Assembly: GCA_038851035.1 (NCBI GenBank)
Contig: JAWCLH010000005.1
Location: 51,251-115,250 of the forward strand
DNA from: Thermoplasmata archaeon
GTDB taxonomy: Archaea > Thermoplasmatota > DTKX01 > VGTL01
Direction: 5' to 3'
Length of the DNA stretch: 64,000 bases
Shown: piece after piece, positions 47,486 through 58,300 of the stretch
Layout of the letters: every line of letters begins with the position of its first letter
Numbering within the stretch: the stretch's first letter is position 1
Position numbers and translations under genes: made by a program
The notes under the pieces: model-generated
The model's input: the letters and a program-made list of their open reading frames with translations, nothing else
Databases searched by the model: none
Told to the model about the DNA's origin: nothing

Positions 47486-49258
47486 TCACCTGCCCATCGC
47501 CGAGAACTCGGACGCCATCAGCTCCATCACCTTCTTCATCTCGCTCTCGAAGTCCCTCTCGAATCTGGACCTAGCCAGAAGCTCACTCGAGCGCACGGCC
47601 GTGATTCTCGACAGAGGAGCGCCGGCTTCGAGGGCCTGGAACGCGAGTTCCGAGAACCTCCTGATGGCCGAGAGGAGAGCGTACTGCCGGGCCATCGAGC
47701 AGAAGGAGTCGACCTCGTGGTAGGCGTTTTGCTGGAGGAATATCTCCCTTATCATCCTGGCGACCTCGAGCAGGAGCTGCTGCTCATCGGGGAGGGCGTC
47801 CGACCCGACGAGCTGGACAATCTCCTGGAGTTCCGACTCTCTTTGTAGGGTCTCCATCGCCCAGGCCCTAAGCGCGGGCCAGTCTTTTGAGACGTTCTGT
47901 TCGAACCATTTATCAAGGGTGGCTGTGTAGAGGCTGTAGCTGGTCAGCCAGTTGATTGCCGGGAAGTGCCGCCGCTGGGCGAGCTTAGCGTCGAGCGCCC
48001 AGAAGACCTTGACGATTCTCAGCGTGGCCTGGGTAACGGGCTCGGAGAAGTCGCCGCCCGGCGGGGACACGGCGCCTACTATGGTGACGGACCCGTCGAG
48101 GTCGCACAGCGTCTGGACCCTCCCCGCCCTTTCATAAAAAGCGGATAACTTGGCGGAGAGGTAGGCGGGGTAGCCTTCCTCCCCTGGCATCTCCTCCAGC
48201 CTAGAGGATATTTCCCTCAGCGCCTCCGCCCATCGCGAGGTCGAGTCCGCCATCAGAGATACGTTCCACCCCATGTCCCTGTAGTACTCCGCTATTGTCA
48301 CTCCCGTGTAGACGCTCGCCTCTCTCGCCGCCACCGGCATGTTAGAGGTGTTCGCGATGAGGACCGTCCGGTCCATCAGGGGAGCCCCTGTCCTTGGGTC
48401 CTGTAGGCGCGGGAACTCTGTCAGAACCTCGGTCATCTCGTTTCCCCTCTCGCCGCAGCCCACATAGACCACTATTTCCGAATCGCTCCACTTGGATAGT
48501 TGGTGCTGGGTGACTGTCTTCCCGCTGCCGAACGGCCCCGGTATCGCGGCAGTGCCGCCCTTGGCAACAGGGAAGAGCGTGTCCAGAATTCTCTGGCCGG
48601 TTATCAGGGGGACGTCGGGCATCCTCCTCTTCTTGAACGGCCGCCCCAGCCTTACGGGCCACCTCTGCATGAGCCTGAGGGGTGTGCCGTCCGAGAGTGT
48701 CGCAATCACATCTTCTACCGTATACCGGCCGGCGCTGATGCTCGTGAGTGTTCCGGAGACGTTCGGCGGAACAAGAATTCGATGCTCTATGAACTTCGTC
48801 TCCTGAACAGTACCAATTATCTGCCCGGGCCGGACATAATCCCCCGCCTTCACCCTAGGTAGGAACTCCCAGCGCCTCTGGCGATCCAGGCCTGGCGCGC
48901 TCACGCCCCTCCGGATAAAATCGCCCTTGAGCTCTCTCAGAACTGGCAGGGGCCGCTGAATTCCATCGTAAATAGACTTCAACAGCCCAGGACCAAGCTC
49001 CACCATCAGCGGTGAGCCCGTATTCACGACCTCCTCTCCCGGCCGAATTCCTGAGGTGTCCTCATAGACCTGAATCAGGCTCCTCGGACCCTCAAGACCT
49101 ATGACCTCTCCCATCAGCCTCTCCCGGCCGACCAGAACCACGTCGTACATCTTTGGCTTGATGCCCTCGGCGGTGACCACCGGCCCGGAGACCCTGTAGA
49201 CCTCGCCCTTCTCCTCCATCCCCTGACCTCCGAATCTATTCAATCCACTTACTTCCAT
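47486..49258 (-). CDS. atpA: A1AO ATP synthase subunit A (catalytic)
   Basis: 590 aa. Walker [20 protein letters not shown]. Non-homologous insert region typical of A/V-type A subunits. No intein. Confidence 0.9.
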   Translation of the reverse strand: MEVSGLNRFGGQGMEEKGEVYRVSGPVVTAEGIKPKMYDVVLVGRERLMGEVIGLEGPRSLIQVYEDTSGIRPGEEVVNTGSPLMVELGPGLLKSIYDGIQRPLPVLRELKGDFIRRGVSAPGLDRQRRWEFLPRVKAGDYVRPGQIIGTVQETKFIEHRILVPPNVSGTLTSISAGRYTVEDVIATLSDGTPLRLMQRWPVRLGRPFKKRRMPDVPLITGQRILDTLFPVAKGGTAAIPGPFGSGKTVTQHQLSKWSDSEIVVYVGCGERGNEMTEVLTEFPRLQDPRTGAPLMDRTVLIANTSNMPVAAREASVYTGVTIAEYYRDMGWNVSLMADSTSRWAEALREISSRLEEMPGEEGYPAYLSAKLSAFYERAGRVQTLCDLDGSVTIVGAVSPPGGDFSEPVTQATLRIVKVFWALDAKLAQRRHFPAINWLTSYSLYTATLDKWFEQNVSKDWPALRAWAMETLQRESELQEIVQLVGSDALPDEQQLLLEVARMIREIFLQQNAYHEVDSFCSMARQYALLSAIRRFSELAFQALEAGAPLSRITAVRSSELLARSRFERDFESEMKKVMELMASEFSAMGR

Positions 49259-49566
49259 AAATCCACACCGACGACGTGCAATATCCTCTCCCTTAGATCC
49301 ACCTCCTCTATCTTTCCGATGGCGATTACCACCGGCTCCACGCTCTCTGCCATCGATTTCCTCAGAGAAGGGGAAATCCTGCGAAAGTCAGTGTCCATGA
49401 CGACCAGAATGCCTACTTCCCTATCCCCCATCGCCTTCTCCATCAGCCTCTCCATCTCCTCGACGCTGTCGCCCTTCACCTCGTAGACCTTGCGAACACC
49501 GGCGAGCCTGAACCCGGTGACGAACTCTTCCCTCCCCACAACCGCCAGCTCCATATCAGCCCTCAC
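49249..49566 (-). CDS. atpF: A1AO ATP synthase subunit F
   Basis: 105 aa ([20 protein letters not shown]...). Typical F-subunit N-terminus. Overlaps neighbours by a few nt. Confidence 0.7.
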   Translation of the reverse strand: MRADMELAVVGREEFVTGFRLAGVRKVYEVKGDSVEEMERLMEKAMGDREVGILVVMDTDFRRISPSLRKSMAESVEPVVIAIGKIEEVDLRERILHVVGVDLWK

Positions 49567-50642
49567 GTGAAAAGCAGGCCCCGGATGACCTCTTCCGGGA
49601 GGCCGCTCTGCTTGCCTCTGGCTATTGTTCTCAAATTGTCCACTTCTATTTTTTTTCTCAGCAAATAGTCCATTACCGGGATTACGGAGAGGGGATATGT
49701 GTGTGAGAACCGCCTGGCCCTCTCTAGGAGATACCTGTCGAGCGCCAAGAAAACCTCATGGAGCGACCCGGAGTTTTTGATCCGAGTGGCCGGCTCCCTA
49801 ATGCTCTCATAAATTTTCGTTCCCACGAGACACTGTAGGAGAGATTCGATGCCCTCCGCAGCCACGAGCTTCCTGAGTTTCGATGGGTCGAGCTCCTCCC
49901 CCCCATCGACTAACAGTTCCCGGGCTGCCTCGGGGCTCGATGCCTCGGCCTTCAGCCTGAATAATGTCTTGAGATTGACAATGTCAGTCTCGACTCTCAG
50001 GAACTGGAGAAAGAGACGATTGGCCTGCGTTTTCTCTGGCACAAACCGGAGGAGGCGCTCGTAGTAGCTCTTCTCCAGGGCGTTCTCCAGGTCGGCTAGA
50101 ACTGGCACCTCTCCTTTCTCTCCAAGTAGGCGTAGCAGAAGTGGCTCGAAGTCGTGCTCCCTCCCCTCCCGCTTCAGCACAGAAATCATCTCGTTTATGT
50201 CAGCGGCTGCGAACAATGCCGCGAAGTCCTCCTTATTAAAAACGCCTGCCGGCACAATGTCTCCCTCAACTTCACTCCACGAAATCCCCGCGAGCCGGCC
50301 GCGCAGTACGGTCTTGAAGTTCCATACATCCCAGCGATTGAGGTACCTGCGCACAAGCTCCCTCAGCTCTCCCCTTGTAAAACCGATGATAGTATTGTAG
50401 GTCCTAGCGAGGTTGAGATATGTCGCTCTCTCAATGAGGTCGACCCCCCCATAGCGCCCAGAGAGCTCCTCCACCTCGCTCCGGTATTGCCCTTCGCCGA
50501 TGAACCTGCCGATTTCAGAGAGTCCCATCTTCAGCAGCCTCGGGTAGGTATCTGGGGGCAGGAGGAGGGCTCTCCTAGCCTTCACGCGGGCGCATGTGTA
50601 AGCATAGTTGCCCTCGTGGCCGGCTTCACCGGAGAGTGTCAT
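49563..50642 (-). CDS. atpC: A1AO ATP synthase subunit C
   Basis: 359 aa helical protein in the canonical position between E and F. Family-level call by position and size. Confidence 0.7.
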   Translation of the reverse strand: MTLSGEAGHEGNYAYTCARVKARRALLLPPDTYPRLLKMGLSEIGRFIGEGQYRSEVEELSGRYGGVDLIERATYLNLARTYNTIIGFTRGELRELVRRYLNRWDVWNFKTVLRGRLAGISWSEVEGDIVPAGVFNKEDFAALFAAADINEMISVLKREGREHDFEPLLLRLLGEKGEVPVLADLENALEKSYYERLLRFVPEKTQANRLFLQFLRVETDIVNLKTLFRLKAEASSPEAARELLVDGGEELDPSKLRKLVAAEGIESLLQCLVGTKIYESIREPATRIKNSGSLHEVFLALDRYLLERARRFSHTYPLSVIPVMDYLLRKKIEVDNLRTIARGKQSGLPEEVIRGLLFT

Positions 50643-50657
50643 GATTCCTCCCTATCT

Positions 50658-51209
50658 TCATTTTGGGAAAAGGAGAGTGTGGACCTCTTTCATTGTGCTC
50701 TCCACAACTTCCTTAAAGATGGTATCATAGGTCAGGTCGATCCTCACAGAAGCGTCCGGGCTCTCGAGAATAAGGCCTCCGAGGCAGTTGACGGTGCCGG
50801 CGTAGGCCGAGCCGAGCCGCCTTCTGAGAAACTCCTCATTTCTCGGGCACGAGAGGACCCTATAGCCCGGCGGGACCTTTTTCAGCAGCCTCTCCAGAAT
50901 CGCCTCCTCCTCGGCGCCCTGGAGCGCCGAGATCCTCCGGCGGGCCGCTTCCGCCGCCGCCTCCAGCATCTCCCTTTCCATCCGGAGGCGGTTCCGCTTC
51001 GCCTCGAGCTCCGCGCTCGCCAGCTCGCGCACCCTGAGCTGGGCCGCCTCCTTCTCGGCCTCGGCCAGCCGCTTCTCTCTCAGCTCCCGCGCCCTCTCCC
51101 GGGCCTCCGAGAGAATTTTTTCTCTCTCGGCGCGGGCCTCGGCGAGTATTGAGGTGGCGCGCCTCTCGCCCTCCGCGAGAATGTCCTCGACGACCTGCTC
51201 TAGACCCAT
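50658..51209 (-). CDS. atpE: A1AO ATP synthase subunit E
   Basis: 183 aa. N-terminal charged coiled coil (ILAEARAEREKILSEARERARE) and C-terminal globular part. Canonical operon position. Confidence 0.7.
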   Translation of the reverse strand: MGLEQVVEDILAEGERRATSILAEARAEREKILSEARERARELREKRLAEAEKEAAQLRVRELASAELEAKRNRLRMEREMLEAAAEAARRRISALQGAEEEAILERLLKKVPPGYRVLSCPRNEEFLRRRLGSAYAGTVNCLGGLILESPDASVRIDLTYDTIFKEVVESTMKEVHTLLFPK

Positions 51210-51228
51210 CCATTCCCCCTCGAGCCGC

Positions 51229-51450
51229 TCACACTTTCCCCATCAGCATGTAGGCGATGACGAGGCCGAAGAGAACGATTGTCTCGGGGACGACCATGTA
51301 CACGATGCCCCTGACGAACATCTTCTCGTTCTCCGCGGTCGCGCCGACCGCCGCTGCACCAATTTCCTTCTGCGCCCACGCCGTGCCGATTCCCGTCCCG
51401 GCTATCGCTATCCCGGCCGCTAAGGCGACCAAACCACTTCCGATGTCCAT
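51229..51450 (-). CDS. atpK: A1AO ATP synthase proteolipid subunit K (c subunit, single hairpin)
   Basis: 73 aa MDIGSGLVALAAGIAIAGTGIGTAWAQKEIGAAAVGATAENEKMFVRGIVYMVVPETIVLFGLVIAYMLMGKV. Two TM helices, with the ion-binding Glu in helix 2 (VPETIVL). The longer track ORF 51229..51921 is rejected upstream of this Met. Confidence 0.8.
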   Translation of the reverse strand: MDIGSGLVALAAGIAIAGTGIGTAWAQKEIGAAAVGATAENEKMFVRGIVYMVVPETIVLFGLVIAYMLMGKV

Positions 51451-51464
51451 TTTTCCCACACTCC

Positions 51465-53567
51465 TCAGGTCTCTGTCGTATATCTCCTCCAGTATCCGAA
51501 AGGTCTGAACTTGATTCCCCCTCCCTTGTAGAATTTGGTGAAGAACTCGACGTAATTGAGCCTGAGGGCCTGAATTCCCGACGAGATGGAGCCCAATACA
51601 AAGACGAGCATGTGGGCGAGTATTAGGAGCGCCCAGCCAGCGAGGGCGAGGCCAATGCTCCCGCCGGTGACGAGCGGGAGGAGGATGCTGTTGAATGCGA
51701 ATGCCATCGCCCCCTTCGCCACGCCTATCGCCGCCAGCCTGGTGTACGAGAGGATGTTCGAGAGCGCGCTGAACACCTCCATTAGAGCCAGGGGGCCCTC
51801 GCCGATGGCCGCGAGGGCGACGCCGGGCACAAGGGATGCGACGGAGGCGTATGGAATAAGTAGGCCGATGCCAGGGTCCCAGTACGCGCTGAAGGGCGCT
51901 AGCGGACCCGCCCAGAGCCACGCGCCGAGAGAGTTCTTATCGGCGAACTTGAGGATGATCAGCCCGAAGCCGAAAACGATCATGAACCAGCCCACCTTAC
52001 CCGCCGCGCGCCGCCGGCTGTGCTGCCACTCAGTTACAGCGCCAAGCAGGTGTCCCAGGCATAGGTGCACCGAGCCCGCCACGACCGAGAAGACCATCAG
52101 GGTCGAGAGGCCGGAGGCCTCGAGCTTGTGGATGGAGGCCTGAACCGGGATGTCGAGGCCGGTGAGGCTCTCCCAGCTGACCTCACCGCCCCCCTCGCCG
52201 TGTGCGGCGGAGTGGAAGGGGACTCCGAACGCTTCGGCGAACACGAGGGCTCCGAATATGGAGGCGAACAGACCGGCCGCGAGAATGTAGGCCCCGAGCT
52301 CGGAAAAGCCCTCCCATTTCTTTAGCTTCGTCCTGAATATCAGTCCGGTCGCGATGAGCAGTGCCCCGTACCCGAGGTCCCCTATCATCAGTCCGAAGAA
52401 GAACGGGAAAACTAGCGCCAGGAGCACCGTCGGGTCGAGCTCTTTATAGCTGGGAAGGGAGAACAGCTCTATGAGGGCCTCGAAGGGCCTGAAGGGCCGT
52501 GGGTTCTTCAGCGCCACCGGAACTCCCGCGTATATGTCGTCCTCTCCCTCCCCCCTCTCGACCTTTCTTCCCTGCCCCTTCGCCCCAATAGCATCCTTTT
52601 TCCCCTCCGCACGTTCTGTGGTCCCGCGGGCCTCCTCCAGCCACTCCTCCTCCTCCAGCGCCTCTATATGGATGTGGTCTCCCGCGGCCCTCCTGAGGGC
52701 CTCCGCGGTCCTCTCCAGCTCGTCCGTTGGGACCCAGCCCTCGATGACGAAGGCCGTGTCCGTGGTTGCGAATCTCAGCGGGGCCTCCGCCTTCTCGATT
52801 TCAATCGCAAGCTCCTCGGAGCATGCCAGAATCTCGTCCCTGTATTCCTCCCTCGCCAGGGCCAGCCTCCTCTTGACCGCCTCGAGCCTCTCTCGCTTTT
52901 GTTCGATTTCCCGCTCGAGGGCGGCAAGAATTCTGGATGGGTAGCCCTCCCCCTCCGGAGCCCTGAGCTCGGTGAAGTCGTGGCGCGCGAGGACCCTCTC
53001 CACCTCCTCCCTCTTCGACTTGTCGACGAAGAGCGCAAAGGGCCCCTCGGGGCCCCGGGTGAACAGCTCGAACCTGTCCGTCACGCGCTCCAGTTCCCGC
53101 TCGAAACCGGCGCGGGCCTTTCCAGTGAAGACCGCCAGGCTGTCGTAGGGCCTGTAGGCCTTGAGGGGAAGGGGCAGCTCGGCGAAAGAGAGTAGAGAGG
53201 CCCTCCTCTTCTCAAGCTCGCGCAGGCCGCTCTCGAGCTCCTGCCTCTCCGCCTCCAGCCCCCTGACCTCTCTCTCAAGATTCGAAAGCAGCGCGTCGAG
53301 CTTTTTCCGCGCCGTGGCAGAGGGAAGTGGATTATGCGTGGGACCCTCTTCCACGCCCAGAATTTTGGAAGCGGCGCGCAGCCTGAGCAGCCTCTCGGAG
53401 CTCTCGGCGGAGCCCTCCATCGGTGTCCCGATTACGAACCCCTCGTACTCCTCCCGGTAGTCGGTGATGTGCATGGAGCGCTGGGCGTGGAGAGTCTCGA
53501 CGACGCTCCTCATACGCTCCCTGGGGCCCGCGACCACGACGCGGCTCATCCGTCTCGGCCTAAGCAT
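51465..53567 (-). CDS. atpI: A1AO ATP synthase subunit I (a subunit)
   Basis: 700 aa. N-terminal cytoplasmic coiled-coil half plus C-terminal about 8-TM half, with a conserved Arg-containing helix near the C-terminus. Confidence 0.8.
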   Translation of the reverse strand: MLRPRRMSRVVVAGPRERMRSVVETLHAQRSMHITDYREEYEGFVIGTPMEGSAESSERLLRLRAASKILGVEEGPTHNPLPSATARKKLDALLSNLEREVRGLEAERQELESGLRELEKRRASLLSFAELPLPLKAYRPYDSLAVFTGKARAGFERELERVTDRFELFTRGPEGPFALFVDKSKREEVERVLARHDFTELRAPEGEGYPSRILAALEREIEQKRERLEAVKRRLALAREEYRDEILACSEELAIEIEKAEAPLRFATTDTAFVIEGWVPTDELERTAEALRRAAGDHIHIEALEEEEWLEEARGTTERAEGKKDAIGAKGQGRKVERGEGEDDIYAGVPVALKNPRPFRPFEALIELFSLPSYKELDPTVLLALVFPFFFGLMIGDLGYGALLIATGLIFRTKLKKWEGFSELGAYILAAGLFASIFGALVFAEAFGVPFHSAAHGEGGGEVSWESLTGLDIPVQASIHKLEASGLSTLMVFSVVAGSVHLCLGHLLGAVTEWQHSRRRAAGKVGWFMIVFGFGLIILKFADKNSLGAWLWAGPLAPFSAYWDPGIGLLIPYASVASLVPGVALAAIGEGPLALMEVFSALSNILSYTRLAAIGVAKGAMAFAFNSILLPLVTGGSIGLALAGWALLILAHMLVFVLGSISSGIQALRLNYVEFFTKFYKGGGIKFRPFGYWRRYTTET

Positions 53568-53886
53568 TCAGCCGCCTCAGGAACTCGCTGTGGATGAATT
53601 CCGCCGCCTCCCTCACCCTGGCGGAGGCCATCTCCCTCCTGTCTGCGAGGCTCTTCTGGGCCTGGGCCATCATCCGAGCCCTCTCGTCCTGAATTGCCTT
53701 TTCGGCCGCGCGGAGCCGCTCCGCGGCCTCCGCCTCGGCCTGGGCTGTGGCCTCCTCAAGAATTCTTCGGGCCTCGCGGCGGGCCTCCTGAACTATTCTC
53801 TCCTTCTCACCCAGCGCGGCCTCCTCCGCCTCCCTCCTCCGTGCCTCCGCCTCGCGTATTCTGCTGAGCACCTCCTCGCGAGCCAA
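53560..53886 (-). CDS. atpH: A1AO ATP synthase subunit H
   Basis: 108 aa, highly charged Ala/Glu/Arg-rich helix (EAEARRREAEEAALGEKERIVQEARREARRILEEA). First gene of the operon. Confidence 0.6.
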   Translation of the reverse strand: MAREEVLSRIREAEARRREAEEAALGEKERIVQEARREARRILEEATAQAEAEAAERLRAAEKAIQDERARMMAQAQKSLADRREMASARVREAAEFIHSEFLRRLNA

Positions 53887-54040
53887 GACTACAACCTCCC
53901 CACGGACAAGGCGGAATTCCCTGCTCGGGCGGATTATATTGTTTGTGTTGAAATAGTTTGTGTTGGGGGCTCCGCTCTGGGAGCAGCCCGTTCGGACCGG
54001 CCCCCGCTAGCTTAATACTGGGCACCGCAATCATCTCTCC

Positions 54041-55324
54041 GTGCAGACGAGATGCCCCCGCTGCGGGAAGGAGCTTCAGGAGAGGGACAGAGACTTCCCC
54101 TGCCCCTCCTGCGGCGCCGCTGTGATTTCTTCAACCGCCGACGGGGGGGACCCATCGCGAATTCCGCCACCCACGATTCCTTCCAGGACAGCACCCCCGG
54201 ACTCGCCGGGGAATTTCGCGGGGCCACCGCGGGACACCTTCGACGACGAAGAAGCGATTCCTCCCGTGGTCTCCATCGCCGTTGCCGAGGGTCCGAGGTG
54301 GAAGGCCGTCCTGATGGTGCTCCAGCACCTCGCGAGGCTTGCTGGAATTCTGGTTTTCTTTCTGGCGATGGCTCTCTCCCTCGCAGCCCTGGTCGCCGGA
54401 GTCCCGGAGGTCTTCAGAATGGCCCCGGAGAGCGAACGGGGCGCGGCACTCTATATCCTCACTCCCCAGCCCATTGCATTCGCCGAGCTCACCGGGCCCT
54501 CTTTTCTCGCATGGTACGCAGCCCTTGTGGCCGCGATTCTCCTCTCCTTCGCCTCCATCGCCTGGAGCGAGCGGGGGAGAATCAGGACTTTCCTCGCACT
54601 CTGCGTGAAGCGCTTCAGGGCTCCGGACCGGCGCTCGGGAGATGGTTTTGTGCAGCTCCCCCAGCTCTTTCTCGCTGTCTTCTTTTTCGACTTCATCTAT
54701 ACTCTAGTGGTCGAAGCCACCGGTAACGCCCCGAGAGCTCCTGATTTCGGAGAATATCCACGGTGGTACCTCCTCTTCACTTTTGCCCATGCCTCAGTCT
54801 ACGAGGAGCTTCTTGCCAGGACTTTCCTCCTCGGGCTCCCACTACTCATCGCACACGCCTTCGCCCACGCCTCAGGAGAGGCCTCCGGCAGAGGACTGCT
54901 CGAGTACTTGCGCTGCCGTACCACGAAGGGACTCCGGGGATACTTTCTCGGAGGGGGCTTCGGAATCGGTCCGCTAGAGGCGCTTTTCCTGGTCGGCTCG
55001 TCGCTCATGTTCGGCCTGGCCCACGTCCCCGGCTGGGACCTCTGGAAGGTGCTGCCAACATTCATCGCCGGCCTAGCCTTCGGCTACCTGTTCCTGAGGG
55101 TTGGCCTCCACGCCGCCATCGCCCTCCACTTCGGCTTTGACTACCTGTACCTCGGCCTAGTGCTTGTGCCGGGCTTCGACGAGCTCTGGGTGGTTTTCCT
55201 CCCGCTATGGCTGCTCGTGGGGGCTTTCTACTTCGGCCACTACGCTTCCCAGACCCTCCGGTGGCTCAGGGAGATATTTTCCAGATATGCAGAATCGAAC
55301 ACCCTCCCGGCCCGGCCATGTTGA
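54041..55324 (+). CDS. CPBP-family (CAAX protease / Abi) intramembrane metalloprotease with N-terminal zinc ribbon
   Basis: 427 aa. N-terminal CPRCGK..CPSCG ribbon. Polytopic membrane domain with EExxxR (YEELLARTFLL) and FxxxH (LMFGLAHV) motifs. Confidence 0.65.
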   Translation: MQTRCPRCGKELQERDRDFPCPSCGAAVISSTADGGDPSRIPPPTIPSRTAPPDSPGNFAGPPRDTFDDEEAIPPVVSIAVAEGPRWKAVLMVLQHLARLAGILVFFLAMALSLAALVAGVPEVFRMAPESERGAALYILTPQPIAFAELTGPSFLAWYAALVAAILLSFASIAWSERGRIRTFLALCVKRFRAPDRRSGDGFVQLPQLFLAVFFFDFIYTLVVEATGNAPRAPDFGEYPRWYLLFTFAHASVYEELLARTFLLGLPLLIAHAFAHASGEASGRGLLEYLRCRTTKGLRGYFLGGGFGIGPLEALFLVGSSLMFGLAHVPGWDLWKVLPTFIAGLAFGYLFLRVGLHAAIALHFGFDYLYLGLVLVPGFDELWVVFLPLWLLVGAFYFGHYASQTLRWLREIFSRYAESNTLPARPC

Positions 55325-55347
55325 GTGCGGAGAGTCCCATCGGCATG

Positions 55348-58300
55348 TTACCGGAAATAACTCTCTTCCTTTCCACCTCGCCTCCTTTCGCCTCTCTTCC
55401 CTTTTTCGGGTCCCTCCCCCATCTCCCGCTGCGGGAGAGACCGTTCCCTGAGCTCCTCCCCTGGCCCGTTGGAGCGCCGGACCGAAAAGCCTTTTACCTC
55501 GCCAATGAGCCCCGCTTCCTCCTCCCCGTCCTCGACCACCTCCTCGCCCGCTCCCCCGCCACCCTCCGGGGATACGTCGCCCCCGGCGCCCTCCCCGGCC
55601 TCGGCCTCTTTTTCCTCAGCCCTCTCCTCTGTTTTTTTCAGGAACCGCCTCTCGTACCAGCTGATCAGCTCCCACTCGTCAGTAGGACGCCCGGCGTCCT
55701 TTTCTGAGAACTCAATTCTCAGTCCCCACCTCCGCGCAAACTCCCTAGCGGCCTCTTCCGTGCGCTCCCCGATCATCTGGGTTATGGTGAGAACACCAGC
55801 TCGCACGGTGGCTTTGAAGGCCCCGGTCATCTCCGTTCCATCCAACACGACGAAACACGCGCCCATCCCGAAGCGGTCTCTTATCTCTTGGGCCATGTAG
55901 TGTGAGAGGGCGTCAGAAGGGCTCAGAACCACCCTCTCTCTGAACTCCATCTGGGGCACTTTATCGAGGTCTTCTTTGATGATCCAGAAAAGGGCCTCGG
56001 AGCCTTCGACCAGATAGCCCTTGACCAGCCAGCCTTCGTTCTCCCACTCCTTTAGCAGTCCCCGGAGCTCCGCCATCTTGAACTCGTGCTTGACATAGGC
56101 CGAGAGGGCCTCTGCGTTCACGAGACCGAAGTTCTCTACGATTCTCCTCAGCACCCGCCGCCTCGCCTCCTCAACCGTGAGCTGGGATTCTTTGGTCAGC
56201 ACATAGCGGTTCTTGGAGTCCCGAATCACAAATAAACCGGCGTAGAGCTTCTTCAGAGCCTCTGAGAAGGCCTCATGCGAGAGCGAGACCCTCCGGCTCA
56301 GATCTGCGCGAGATATCGGTGTGTAGAGAGGTATCGCCCCGAGCACCTCGCGCATTTCCTCGTCCACGGGCCGGTTCTTCGCCTTTTTATATAGGAGAAC
56401 ATCCGAGGGGAGGCAGTTCAGGAGGTGCTCCGGAATTCCGAGGCATGAAAGGAGCGCACCGGCTCTCACCAGCCTCCAGAGGGGGGTGAAGAGCTGGACC
56501 CTGATACCAGCCTCGAAGTCCGAGCGCAATCCACCCATGTATTGGGCGGCCTCGAGGGTATGCTTGAACCTGTTTTCTGGGTGGATGTGCTGCTTCCAGA
56601 GTAGGTACGCCAGCGCCTTTCCCTTAGGAAAGACATTTGGAACAAACTCCCCTTTGAGCAGATTGCCCTGAACGACCTGGTAGCCCTTCGAAAGGAATGT
56701 GTCGAGGTGACGCCGCTCCAGCTCATCAATGGACTTGCCGAAAACCCTCCTGACGCGGATGATGTCCGTGCCCATAGAGCGGTAGTAGCCCATCACGAAG
56801 TCCAATTCATCGAGAAGCTCGGGGAGGAGAGAGGTGTCGTCAAGGCTTATGTCCCTCACGTCCACGCAGCCGCTCATCTGCCACTTCTCCACCATTCCGA
56901 TCAGGATGCCATTCTTGATAACTGGGAAGAACCAGCCTTCACCATAGCGGTTTGCTACCTCCGCCCAGAGCCGACGGACGTATGGGTCGTAGAGAGAGAG
57001 AATTCTCATCCTGTCCCTGACCTCGCCCGGCATCACCCTCTCAAGCTCGGGAAGCTCCCTCTTCAGGATGTAAAGGTCGATGGGCGACGTCCCAACCGAG
57101 ATTATCCTCTCCACCTCGCCCCGCTCCTCAAGCTGCTGCAGCTTCTCAACGAGAAAATCGTAGTCGAAGCCCGTGGCGCTTTTAATGCCGCCTATGTGGA
57201 GCGGTCCATAGGCCTCTAGAACGCGAATCAGTAGCTTCTCCTCAGCCCCTTTCTCTCCACCTTCAATGTCAAAGCAGAAATACCGGTTCCTCGAGGACCA
57301 CTCGCGCTTCTCGAAAAAGCCTCGGACCAAATAGAGATTCCGGTCGAGCTTGTCCAGCGCCTCCTTTAGCTCCTCCCTTGATACTCTTTTTTCAGAGAAG
57401 CCCTCGACTAGCTCGGAGAATGTTGAGCCCGGGTTCTTCCTGAAGAACATTAGCACCTCCTCGTCCAGCTGGGAGAGCTGCTCTTTTCTATATACAGAAA
57501 CATAAAGAGGCGCGTCCGAGGCCCTGATATACCCGACCCGCCCGTGGAAGAATCTGCCGTTCAAGACCTCGCCCTTCCTCCTCATCTCCCACCAGGTCTC
57601 TAGGTCAAAGCTCTCCAAGCGGTTGAATAGGTCGTATGCCATCCCCGCCTCGTAGAGCCTGCTAAAGTAATCGTTTATGCTCTGGAAACCATAGAACTGT
57701 TTCTTCAGCAGGAATTGCATTACTTGGCTTTCGTCAAAAGTTCGGGCCCCGTTCGTCCTAGCCTCAAGCCGGAGGCGGTCCTTCGTCAGCATGTACTGTG
57801 TGGCGCCAGAGGCCTCCGTGAAGCTCCCCGAAGAAACCTGCCCCTCCTCCTCGAGGGATGTGAGCACCTGTTCCACCGATGCCTCGTCTAAGGCGAGCGC
57901 AAAGGCGAGCTCCGCGAGCGACATCGGGCCGCCGAACTCGAGCGTCTGTAGCACCCTCCGGCGGAGCGCGTTCTGGAGGTCCACCCGAGGAATTCTGGAG
58001 ACATCTCTCGGCTTGTAAACGGGGCGGCCGTCGGGGTCGTCGGGCAACCTTTCGACAAGATAGGCCTGTTCCAGCCTCCTCAGAGCCGCCTGGGAGCCCG
58101 CATCGTAGGGAAGCTTCTTCCCCCTCTTCAGCATCAAGAGCACCCGCTTCTCGGCGCTACCGGGCTTCCTCTTGTCAGCGTAGATCGCGTAGTACGCTGG
58201 CAGCTCCTCCGCTGGCACCCAGACTGGTCCATTGCACCACGCAAAAACAGCCTGACCGTCCCGAATCAGCTCCAGTGCCCACCTCTTCGTTGTTTCGAAG

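Noticed and set aside
51451-51921. Upstream extension of the atpK ORF (track 51229..51921, 230 aa)
   Set aside because: A-type c subunits here are single hairpins of about 73 aa. The extension overlaps atpI in another frame and is low-complexity.
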